Below are positions 1 through 8,077 of a stretch of 26,727 bases of DNA, piece after piece. Within the stretch, counting starts at the first letter, position 1. Every line of letters begins with the position of its first letter. A program made the position numbers and the translations under genes. The notes beneath the pieces were generated by a model. It had not been told where the DNA came from. It was given only the letters and a program-made list of their open reading frames with translations, and made no database searches. Source of the stretch: Rhodospirillales bacterium (GTDB lineage Bacteria > Pseudomonadota > Alphaproteobacteria > SMXQ01); contig JAHEKA010000001.1 in the NCBI GenBank assembly GCA_024638585.1, positions 1-26,727 on the forward strand, written 5' to 3'.

Positions 1-88
1 CCCGCAAGGGGGTGGACTTTTTCGCCGCTTTGAAGGAGTTTGTCCGCGCGCCGCCCCGGGGGGCGGTGCCGTTGGGGGGGGTAGAGAG

Positions 89-880
89 ATGCTTGAACTG
101 TACCACAACGGCATGTCGACCTGTTCGCAGAAGGTCCGGTTGTGCCTCGCCGAGAAGCAGCTTGATTGGACCGACCGCTACATGGATCTTCGGGCGGGAG
201 ACCAGCACACGCCAGACTACCTTGCGCTCAACCCCAAGGGAGTGGTGCCGACCCTAGTGGACGACGGCACGGTGATCGTGGAATCGACCGTCATCAACGA
301 ATACCTCGATGATCGCTTCCCCGAGCCCCGGCTCAGGCCCAAGGATCCACTCGACGTCGCGCGCATGCGCATCTGGACCAAGCAGCTTGATGAGGGCCTG
401 CATGCCGAGACGGGCGTGATGTCCAACGCCATCGCATTCCGTTTTCAGAAACTCGCCAAGGGGAAGGATTTCGCCAACAAGCTGGTGGAGGGGATTCCCG
501 ATGTCGCCAAGCGCGAACGCTACCGCTCGGTCGTGTTCGAAGGCGTCCAATCGCCGCTCTTCAAGGCCTCCATCAAGCGCTTCCGCAAACTGCTCGACGA
601 TATGGACGCGGCCTTGGCCGACCATCGCTGGTTGGCGGGAGAGACGTTCTCCCTCGCCGATATCGGCTATGCGCCCTACATCACGCGCATGGATCACCTC
701 GGCCTTGCCAAGATGTGGCTGGAACAGCCGCGCATCGGCGATTGGTACAAGCGGATCACATCCCGGCCGAGCTATGAGCCTGCCTATATCCGCTGGTTCG
801 ACGAAAAGTATTTGGATTTGATGGAGGAAAAGGGCAGGGAATACTGGCCCGAAATAGAGGCCTGCCTGCTGGAGGCCTGA
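89..880 (+). CDS. Glutathione S-transferase family protein (zeta/PcpC-like)
   Basis: 263 aa. N-terminal thioredoxin-like domain with MSTCSQKVRL, LNPKGVVPTL (cis-Pro loop) and ESTVINEYLD. C-terminal LAGETFSLADI N-capping motif. Confidence 0.92.
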   Translation: MLELYHNGMSTCSQKVRLCLAEKQLDWTDRYMDLRAGDQHTPDYLALNPKGVVPTLVDDGTVIVESTVINEYLDDRFPEPRLRPKDPLDVARMRIWTKQLDEGLHAETGVMSNAIAFRFQKLAKGKDFANKLVEGIPDVAKRERYRSVVFEGVQSPLFKASIKRFRKLLDDMDAALADHRWLAGETFSLADIGYAPYITRMDHLGLAKMWLEQPRIGDWYKRITSRPSYEPAYIRWFDEKYLDLMEEKGREYWPEIEACLLEA

Positions 881-921
881 CCCGATCTAAGACGCTCGAT
901 AGAAAAGGGAGACCAAACACC

Positions 922-2784
922 ATGGCGACGAGACGCCCCGCCCGTAGAACCGCAAGACGCAAGACCCCTCCGCCGAAGCCCGCCATCGACCGGCCGGTGA
1001 AACTCGGCAATCCCCGCATGGGTTGGGGGTCCGATGTCGTTGCCGAGGTGGTGCGCCGCCTCAATCTCAAATACATCGCCTTGGTTCCCGGCGCGAGCTA
1101 CCGGGGCTTCCACGATTCCATCGTCAATTACCTCGGCAACGACAACCCACAGATGCTGGTCTGCCTGCATGAGGAGCACGCGGTCTCCATCGCCGACGGC
1201 TATGCCCGGGTGACGGAAACGCCCATGGCGGTGGCGTTGCATTCCAATGTCGGGCTGATGCATGGGACCATGCCGATCTTCAACGCCTGGTGCGGGCGCG
1301 CGCCGATCGTCATCTTCGGGGCGACGGGACCGGTCGATGCCGATAAGCGCCGGCCTTGGATCGACTGGGTCCATACCGCCAAGGACCAGGCGTCGATGAT
1401 CCGCCATTACACCAAGTGGGACGACCAGCCGGCTTCGCCCCAGGCGGCGGTGGAATCGGTGCTGCGGGCCAAGCAGATCGCTTCGACCCGCCCCTATGGT
1501 CCGGTCTACGTGTGCCTGGACGCCGACCTGCAGGAGGCGCCCCTGGAGGAGGAGGTCACGATCCCCGATGTCGAGCGCTATCTGCCGCCGGCTCCGCCGC
1601 CGGCCCCGGGTGACGCGGTGAAGGAAACCATCAAGCGCATCAAGGCGGCCAAGTTCCCGGTCTTCCTGATGGGGCGCATGTCGCGCAATATCGACGACTG
1701 GAAACGCCGTGTCCGTCTGGCCGAGGCCCTGGGCGTGCCGGTGATGACCGATACCCACAACGCCGCGGCCTTTCCCACCGAACACGCGTTGCACAAGGCG
1801 ACGCCGGCCTTCCGGCCGCAGCCCGATTCCGCCGCGTTGCTGAAGAAGGCGGACCTGATCGTCGCCTTTGATTGGCTGGACCTCGCGGGGACGCTGCGCA
1901 TGGTGTTCCATGCCTCCCAGACCGAGGAGCCGGTGCGGGCCGGCGTCATCCATTGTGCGATGGAACGCACCCTGCATAACGGCTGGAGCATGGATTATCA
2001 GGCCCTGCCCGCGGTCGATCTGCCGATCCTGGCCGACCCCGATACCTTTGTCGCCCAGCTGCTCGACGGGCTTGGCGCCCAGGCCAAACGGACCGCCCGT
2101 GAGACGCCCGCCCTTGCGCGCATCAAGCACTGGACCACCTCCGCCATCGCCAAGGAAGCGATCAAGCAGGACGGGCCGCTGGAATCCGTCGACCTGGCGC
2201 GGTCGCTTTCCGAATTCGCCCGGGCCAACAAGGCGTGCCTGGCCCGCACGCCGCTTGGCTGGCCCGGTCATGTTTGCCGTTTCGATCATCCCCTCTCTTA
2301 CCTGGGGAACGATGCCGGCGGGGCCGTGGGCACCGGACCGGGTCACACCGTCGGCGCGGCGCTGGCGCTGAGGGACAGCGACCGCATGGCGATCGGAGTC
2401 CTGGGCGACGGCGACTACCTGATGGGGGTGAGCGCGTTGTGGACGGCATCGCATCTCAGCCTGCCGACTTTGATCGTGGTGGCCAACAACCGGTCCTACT
2501 TCAATGACGAGGCCCATCAGGAACGCGTCGCGGTGGAGCGCAGGCGGCCCAAAGAGAACCGTTGGATCGGCCAGAAGATCGATAAGCCGGGGATCAATCT
2601 CGGTGCCATGGCCCGGGCCCAAGGGTTTGACACGGAGACGCCGGCCGCCACCGCGGGTGAGCTTGCCGCGGCATTGGAGCGCGCCGCCAAGGTGGTGCGT
2701 GCCGGCGGGCGGTATCTCATCGATGCCCGCGTGTTGCCGGGCTATCCCGATAACACGCCGCGGGGACGGGCGCGCAAATCGTGA
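922..2784 (+). CDS. Thiamine diphosphate-dependent enzyme (acetolactate synthase large subunit / benzoylformate decarboxylase-like), substrate unknown
   Basis: 620 aa, AAGGGAG RBS. PYR domain HEEHAVSIADGYAR carries the catalytic Glu. PP domain has GDGDYLMG...NNRSY (GDG-x(n)-NN ThDP/Mg motif). Confidence 0.92.
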   Translation: MATRRPARRTARRKTPPPKPAIDRPVKLGNPRMGWGSDVVAEVVRRLNLKYIALVPGASYRGFHDSIVNYLGNDNPQMLVCLHEEHAVSIADGYARVTETPMAVALHSNVGLMHGTMPIFNAWCGRAPIVIFGATGPVDADKRRPWIDWVHTAKDQASMIRHYTKWDDQPASPQAAVESVLRAKQIASTRPYGPVYVCLDADLQEAPLEEEVTIPDVERYLPPAPPPAPGDAVKETIKRIKAAKFPVFLMGRMSRNIDDWKRRVRLAEALGVPVMTDTHNAAAFPTEHALHKATPAFRPQPDSAALLKKADLIVAFDWLDLAGTLRMVFHASQTEEPVRAGVIHCAMERTLHNGWSMDYQALPAVDLPILADPDTFVAQLLDGLGAQAKRTARETPALARIKHWTTSAIAKEAIKQDGPLESVDLARSLSEFARANKACLARTPLGWPGHVCRFDHPLSYLGNDAGGAVGTGPGHTVGAALALRDSDRMAIGVLGDGDYLMGVSALWTASHLSLPTLIVVANNRSYFNDEAHQERVAVERRRPKENRWIGQKIDKPGINLGAMARAQGFDTETPAATAGELAAALERAAKVVRAGGRYLIDARVLPGYPDNTPRGRARKS

Positions 2785-2932
2785 CAAGGGAAAACCCGTC
2801 GGCGTCGACATGAACATTGACTCGACGGGGTGGAAATAGTCCGATGGTTATAGAGATGGAAGCGTAGAGGGGGGCGGGTCGAGACGACCCAAACTCATCC
2901 GAAAAGGTTAGTCAACAACAGGGAGCTATCCC

Positions 2933-4030
2933 ATGAAAGCACACATGCATACATCCATTTTGGCGGGTGCTGCGGTTTTAGGTGCCGCTGCGCTCGCGGT
3001 GCCGCAGCCGGTCGCGGCGCAATCAGTAGATTTCGCCGGCAAGCGGATCGAATGGATCATCCCCTACGGTACGGGCGGCGGGTCCAACCGTTGGGCACGC
3101 TTCTACGTGCCCTGGCTGCAAAAGGCCCTGCCCGGAAATCCGGTGGTCGCGGTCAAGAACATGCCTGGGGCAAGTTCGACCAAGGGCACCAACTTTTTCG
3201 CCCGCCGCGGCAGCAAGGACGGCCTTAGCATTCTCGGCACTTCGGGATCGACGCAGTTCCCGTTCCTGTTGGGCGACCGCCGGGTCAAATATGATTATGC
3301 GGACTGGGAGGTCATCCTGGCCACCCCGGTCGGCGGCGTCGTCTATGTCAATTCCAAGCTGGGCGTCAAATCCGCGGCCGACATGAAGAAGCTGCAGAAG
3401 GTTGCGCTGAAGTTCGGATCGCAAGGGCCGACCTCTCTCGACCTGGTTCCTCTGTTGGCGTTCGAGATCCTTGGCCTCAACGTCAAGCCGGTCTTCGGCA
3501 TGAAGGGCCGGGGCCCCAGCCGCCTCGCGTTCGAGCGCGGCGAGGTTCGCATCGACTACCAGACCACGCCGGCCTTCCTAAAGCGCGTGATGCCGCTGGT
3601 GAAGAAGGGCGAAGCGGTGCCGATCATGACCTGGGGCACGCTGGACGATAACGGCAAACTGGTGCGCGACCCGACCTTCCCCGACCTTCCCCATGTCGGC
3701 GAGGTCTACAAGATGATGCACGGCAAGGCGCCGCGCGGTCCTGCCTGGACGGCGTGGCAGGCCTTCATGGCGGCAGGCTTCCCGGCGCAGAAAATGATCT
3801 TCGTCAAGAAGGGAACACCCAAGCACATCGTCGCGGCCTGGCGGGCGGCGGCGGCTAAGGCGATCGCCCTGCCGGGCTTCGAGGCGGCCAAGAACAAGGC
3901 GCTCGGCAAGTACGACCAGGCGGTGGGCAAGCGCGCCCAGACGCTGAAAAAGATCGCTACCTCCGTACCGCCCGCGGCCAAGAAGTGGGTCCTGGATTGG
4001 CTAAAGCGCCGCTACAACAAGGTGCCGTAA
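2933..4030 (+). CDS. tctC: Tripartite tricarboxylate transporter substrate-binding protein (TctC/Bug family)
   Basis: Signal peptide ending VAA-Q, IIPYGTGGGSN beta1-alpha1 loop, VKNMPGA and PDLP motifs, GGGAG RBS. Directly upstream of a tctA-type permease. Confidence 0.9.
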   Translation: MKAHMHTSILAGAAVLGAAALAVPQPVAAQSVDFAGKRIEWIIPYGTGGGSNRWARFYVPWLQKALPGNPVVAVKNMPGASSTKGTNFFARRGSKDGLSILGTSGSTQFPFLLGDRRVKYDYADWEVILATPVGGVVYVNSKLGVKSAADMKKLQKVALKFGSQGPTSLDLVPLLAFEILGLNVKPVFGMKGRGPSRLAFERGEVRIDYQTTPAFLKRVMPLVKKGEAVPIMTWGTLDDNGKLVRDPTFPDLPHVGEVYKMMHGKAPRGPAWTAWQAFMAAGFPAQKMIFVKKGTPKHIVAAWRAAAAKAIALPGFEAAKNKALGKYDQAVGKRAQTLKKIATSVPPAAKKWVLDWLKRRYNKVP

Positions 4031-4052
4031 CGGCCAATCGGTCTTAATTCGA

Positions 4053-4090
4053 GGGCGGAGAAGCTTGCGCATCTCCGCCCTTTTCTTGTT
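4053..4090 (+). terminator. Intrinsic terminator-like hairpin between tctC and the tctA-tctB fusion
   Basis: 9-bp stem GGGCGGAGA (4053-4061) / TCTCCGCCC (4072-4080) followed by TTTTCTTGTT. Confidence 0.7.
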
Positions 4091-4127
4091 AGGCTAGGTG
4101 CGCACGAGACCATGGGGGGCTTGGGAC

Positions 4128-6104
4128 ATGCTTGAATCCATCGTTTTGGCGTTGGGGGAGATCACCAGCGGCACGCACCTTTTTTATCTGTTCGGCGGCG
4201 TGGTCATGGGGCTCATGGTCGGCATCTTTCCCGGCCTCGGCGGAATCGTCGGGCTGTCGCTGCTGTTGCCCTTCCTCTACGGCATGGACCCGACATCGGC
4301 ACTCGCCATGTTGATCGGCCTGGTCGCCATCATCCCTACGTCCGATACCTTTACCTCGGTCCTGATGGGCATTCCTGGCTCGTCGGCTTCCCAGGCAACG
4401 GTGCTGGACGGCTTTCCGCTGGCCAAAAAGGGCGAGGCGGCCCGTGCGCTGGGGGCCGCGTTCTCGGCATCTCTCTATGGCGGCGTTGTCGGCGCCATCG
4501 TGCTGACCTTCTTCATCGTCGTCGCCCGGCCCATCATCCTGCTTTTTACCTCGGCGGAGCTCTTCATGCTGACCATTCTGGGGCTCTCGATGGTGGGTGT
4601 GCTGGCCGGAAATTGCCTGCCCAAGGGGTTGCTCGCCTGCGGCATGGGGCTGATGTTCGGCGCCCTGGGCGGGGCGCCTGCGACGGGTGAGTTCCGCATG
4701 TCATTCGACATTCCCTATCTCGGTGACGGGTTGCCGCTGGTGGTGATCGGCCTCGCGATGTTCGCGGTTCCCGAGATCATCGACCTGTTGCGGGGCGGCG
4801 GTGCGATTTCGCGCAGCCAATCCCTGGGCAAGGGTTGGATCCAGGGGCTTAAGGACATGTGGATCAATAAATGGCTGTGCACCCGCTGCGCCGGGATCGG
4901 CTGCATGATCGGCGCGTTGCCCGGGTTGGGCGGCAGCGTCGTCGACTGGATCGCCTACGGCCATGTCAAGCAGACGGTCAAGGATTCGTCGCAGTTCGGC
5001 AAGGGCGATATCCGCGGCGTGCTGGCCCCGGAATCGGCCAACAACGCCAAAGAGGGCGGCGGCCTGATCCCGACATTGCTGTTCGCCATTCCCGGATCGG
5101 GTTCCATGGCGGTGTTCCTTGGCGGGATGGAGCTGATCGGGCTGGAACCCGGGCCTTCGATGGTCGACGGCAAGCTCAACCTCACCTACATCATCATCTG
5201 GTCCTTGGCGCTCGCCAATGTCATCGGCGCCGGCCTGTGCCTGCTCATTTCCAAGCCCGTCGCCCGGTTGACGACCATCAAATACGTTTACCTGGCGCCT
5301 TTCATGATCATGGTGATCTGCTTTGCCGCCTTCCAGGCGACGCGCGATCTGGGCGATCTTTTGGTTCTGTTCGCCGTCGGGATGCTCGGCATCCTGTTCA
5401 AGCGCTTCGGTTGGCCGCGCCCGGCCTTCCTGATCGGTTTCGTGTTGGCAGGGAATTCGGAGACCTACCTCTATCAGGCGGTCCAGTTCTACGACTGGGG
5501 ATTCTTGCTGCGCCCCGGGGTCATCATCATCTTCGTCCTCACGGCCCTGTCGATGTGGTTCGGCGCGCGCAACGCCCCCAAGGAGGAGGCCGACCTGGGG
5601 GGGACGGCTGCAAAGACCATGAATATGCGGCCCCAGGCGATGTTCGCCGGTCTCGTCGTGTTGATGTTCGCCTTCGGCCTCTATGACGGCGTGCAGCATT
5701 CCTTCCTGGGCGCGGTCTATCCCGTCGGCATCTGCGTGGTCATGCTGCCGCTCGCGATCTATCTGTTCTACGTCACGGCCGCCAACAAGACCGACAACCC
5801 CGCCAATTACGATTATGAGGTTGAGGGCGACCATGTGGGACGCGATGGGGTGCCGCGCCTCGGTTACTACCTCGCCTGGCTGGGCGGATTCATTGCTGCC
5901 GTGATCCTCATCGGTTTCTGGTTGGCGATCACGGGATTCTTCCTGATTTTCTTGCGCGCCCGCTCCGATGCATCCTGGCTGCGCATCCTGATCCTGACCA
6001 CCGCCGGCGTCGGTTTCATCACTGCACTATCCTGGATCATGGTGCTCGACTTCCCGGGTGGGTTGCTTCAGCACTATGTGAAGCTTCCCTGGCCGCTGAG
6101 CTGA
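4128..6104 (+). CDS. tctA: TTT large permease TctA fused to a C-terminal TctB-like 4-TM domain
   Basis: TctA motifs GIFPGLGG, GIPGSSAS..TVLDGFPLA and PESANNAKEGGGLIPTL..IPGS. About 160 extra hydrophobic C-terminal residues resemble TctB. ATG 4128 preferred over the GTG at 4098. Confidence 0.9.
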   Translation: MLESIVLALGEITSGTHLFYLFGGVVMGLMVGIFPGLGGIVGLSLLLPFLYGMDPTSALAMLIGLVAIIPTSDTFTSVLMGIPGSSASQATVLDGFPLAKKGEAARALGAAFSASLYGGVVGAIVLTFFIVVARPIILLFTSAELFMLTILGLSMVGVLAGNCLPKGLLACGMGLMFGALGGAPATGEFRMSFDIPYLGDGLPLVVIGLAMFAVPEIIDLLRGGGAISRSQSLGKGWIQGLKDMWINKWLCTRCAGIGCMIGALPGLGGSVVDWIAYGHVKQTVKDSSQFGKGDIRGVLAPESANNAKEGGGLIPTLLFAIPGSGSMAVFLGGMELIGLEPGPSMVDGKLNLTYIIIWSLALANVIGAGLCLLISKPVARLTTIKYVYLAPFMIMVICFAAFQATRDLGDLLVLFAVGMLGILFKRFGWPRPAFLIGFVLAGNSETYLYQAVQFYDWGFLLRPGVIIIFVLTALSMWFGARNAPKEEADLGGTAAKTMNMRPQAMFAGLVVLMFAFGLYDGVQHSFLGAVYPVGICVVMLPLAIYLFYVTAANKTDNPANYDYEVEGDHVGRDGVPRLGYYLAWLGGFIAAVILIGFWLAITGFFLIFLRARSDASWLRILILTTAGVGFITALSWIMVLDFPGGLLQHYVKLPWPLS

Positions 6105-6176
6105 TTTGCAGATGCCGAGGACTGCCCGCTCGCCTATGCTGGGGGCTGAATAATAAACATCAAGGAGAGAGGCGCC

Positions 6177-6713
6177 ATGGATGATCAAGTGAAGGACCAA
6201 GCCGCCGAGCAGTTGAGCGGCGGCGCCATCATGGATGCGATGAAGGAGGCGGGTGTCGAATACATTCTCTCGGTTCCGGATTTACACACCAGCTACGGGC
6301 TTTTGCTGCCGATCGCCGACGATCCCGACTTCAAACTGATCCGGACCTGCAAGGAAGACGAATGCATCGGCATCTCTGCCGGCCTGTCCTATGGCGACAA
6401 GCGGGCCGTGGTTTTGATCCAATATACCGGCTTCCTGTATGCCCAGAACGCCATCCGCGCCATGGCGGCGGAACAGCAGAAACCGATCTGTCTGATGATC
6501 GGCCTCTTGGGCAAACCGCCGGGGGTGGCGCCCCAGGACGCCAAACGAATCGGCGTGCGTTCGGTGGAACCGTATTTGGATTTCATGGGGATCCCACGTG
6601 CCCTGATCGAGACCGATGACGACGTGCCCTTGATCCCGCCGGCGATCGTTGACGCCTATGAGAACCAGCACCCCACCGCTTTCTTGATCGGACGGAGGCC
6701 CATCGCGCCATGA
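6177..6713 (+). CDS. ThDP decarboxylase alpha subunit (PYR domain), sulfopyruvate/phosphonopyruvate decarboxylase ComD-like
   Basis: 178 aa, AAGGAG RBS. SVPD and KEDECIGISAGL (catalytic Glu). Overlaps the beta subunit gene by ATGA. Confidence 0.82.
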   Translation: MDDQVKDQAAEQLSGGAIMDAMKEAGVEYILSVPDLHTSYGLLLPIADDPDFKLIRTCKEDECIGISAGLSYGDKRAVVLIQYTGFLYAQNAIRAMAAEQQKPICLMIGLLGKPPGVAPQDAKRIGVRSVEPYLDFMGIPRALIETDDDVPLIPPAIVDAYENQHPTAFLIGRRPIAP

Positions 6714-7276
6714 TGAACCGTTTGGAATGCCTCAAAATCCTGGCCCAACACGTCACCGACGAAATCGTCGCCCCGACCTATTCCTGCGCGACCGATTGGA
6801 TGGCCGTCAACGACCGCCCGCTCAACTATTATGGGTTCGGGGCCATGGGGCTTGCCTCGTCCCACGCCTTGGGCCTGGCCCTGGCGCGGCCGGAAAAGCG
6901 CGTGATCGTGCTGGACGGCGACGGCAGTCTGCTGATGAACCTTGGGACTCTGGTGACAATCGGCGCGGTGCAGCCCAAGAACTTCGTCCATTTCGTCGGT
7001 CACAACGGCAGCTACGAAGCGAACGGTGGTGCACTGCTTCCCAATCAGGACCTGGATTTCGCCGCGTTCGCCCGGACTGCTGGGTACAAATCGGCTCACA
7101 CCTTTACGGATATCGATGATTTCGCGGCCAAGGTGGGTGATGTGATCAAGGCCGAAGGCCCGGTTTTCGGCAATCTGGTGATCGAGCAGGGGCCGCTTTC
7201 CAACCGCGATTACTCGGAAATACACTCGGCCAAGCGCAGGCAGGTGTTCCGCGAAGCCTTGGATTCCGGGGCTTGA
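6710..7276 (+). CDS. ThDP decarboxylase beta subunit (PP domain), ComE-like
   Basis: 188 aa. GAMGLASSHALGLAL and LDGDGSLLMNLG...HNGSY ThDP-binding motif. Translationally coupled to the alpha subunit. Confidence 0.85.
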   Translation: MMNRLECLKILAQHVTDEIVAPTYSCATDWMAVNDRPLNYYGFGAMGLASSHALGLALARPEKRVIVLDGDGSLLMNLGTLVTIGAVQPKNFVHFVGHNGSYEANGGALLPNQDLDFAAFARTAGYKSAHTFTDIDDFAAKVGDVIKAEGPVFGNLVIEQGPLSNRDYSEIHSAKRRQVFREALDSGA

Positions 7277-7358
7277 GCGGTGAAGGGCTTTCAGGTCTTG
7301 TCCCTTTGGGTTAGACTGCCGCCGAGGAATCGCCCTACAGGATTTTCAGGAGGTTGCC

Positions 7359-7913
7359 ATGGATGACCAGACCGCGGGCCAGGATACACCTGCCGATCTG
7401 CATCCCGAGGAGTACAAGGGGACATCGCCGATCAAGGTGAAAAAGTTGGGTCATCTCATTTACGAGGTCACCGATGTCGAACGCACGGTCAAGTTCTGGA
7501 CCGAGATGATGGGCTTCGAGGAGACCGAACGGAACGAACACGGCATGGTGTTCTTCCGCTGCGGTGCCGACCACCATTCCATCGGGTTGAAGCCCGCCAA
7601 GGCGAGTCGGCGTCCCAACAGCGAACAGAATATAAAGGTCGAACATCTCGCTTTCGAGGTGGAGAATGTCGACGTGCTGCTCAAGGCGCGGGATTTCATG
7701 CGGGAGAACAACATCCCCATCACCTTCGAAGGCCGCAAGGGCGCCGGTTGCAACATCGGCATCAATTTCCTGGACCCTGACGGCTATGAGTTCGAAATTT
7801 ATTGCCAGATGGACCAGATCGACGAAACCGGCCGCCTGCGCCCTGCCGAGCAGTTCAAGCGCGCCAAGGGACTGGAGGAAGCCATCGCCAATCCGGTGCA
7901 GGAGACTTGGTAG
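7359..7913 (+). CDS. VOC (glyoxalase/extradiol dioxygenase-like) family protein
   Basis: AGGAGG RBS. LGHLIYEV, DHHSIGL, EHLAFEV and FLDPDGYEFEIY paired beta-alpha-beta-beta-beta motifs with His/His/Glu ligands. Confidence 0.88.
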   Translation: MDDQTAGQDTPADLHPEEYKGTSPIKVKKLGHLIYEVTDVERTVKFWTEMMGFEETERNEHGMVFFRCGADHHSIGLKPAKASRRPNSEQNIKVEHLAFEVENVDVLLKARDFMRENNIPITFEGRKGAGCNIGINFLDPDGYEFEIYCQMDQIDETGRLRPAEQFKRAKGLEEAIANPVQETW

Positions 7914-7942
7914 TCTTCATAGCGACCACACGGTAACGGCCT

Positions 7943-7968
7943 CGGCGGCGGATGACGATCCGCCGCCG
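7943..7968 (+). terminator. Strong GC hairpin after the VOC gene (terminator or mRNA stabiliser)
   Basis: 11-bp perfect stem CGGCGGCGGAT/ATCCGCCGCCG with loop GACG. Only a short T run follows. Confidence 0.45.
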
Positions 7969-8077
7969 TTGGTCTGAGTATCGTCCCGAATTGCACCGCG
8001 TGTTGGTAACGAGACGGTGCACGGGAAAGCAGGGGGGAGGCTCCCGGGACACAGACGATCGGCCACGGGGGGGCATC

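Noticed and set aside
922-1000. Twin-arginine (Tat) signal in the ThDP enzyme N-terminus (RRPARRTARRK)
   Set aside because: No S/T-R-R-x-F-L-K consensus and no hydrophobic h-region.
922-2784. Calling the ThDP enzyme Xsc or acetolactate synthase IlvB
   Set aside because: N-terminal motifs differ from recalled Xsc, and there is no pta or ilvH/ilvC context.
784-2817. 677-aa minus-strand ORF
   Set aside because: Antisense shadow of the ThDP enzyme gene in GC-rich DNA. No recognisable motifs.
2817-2854. Sigma70 promoter for tctC1 from TTGACT
   Set aside because: No acceptable -10 element at 16-18 nt spacing.
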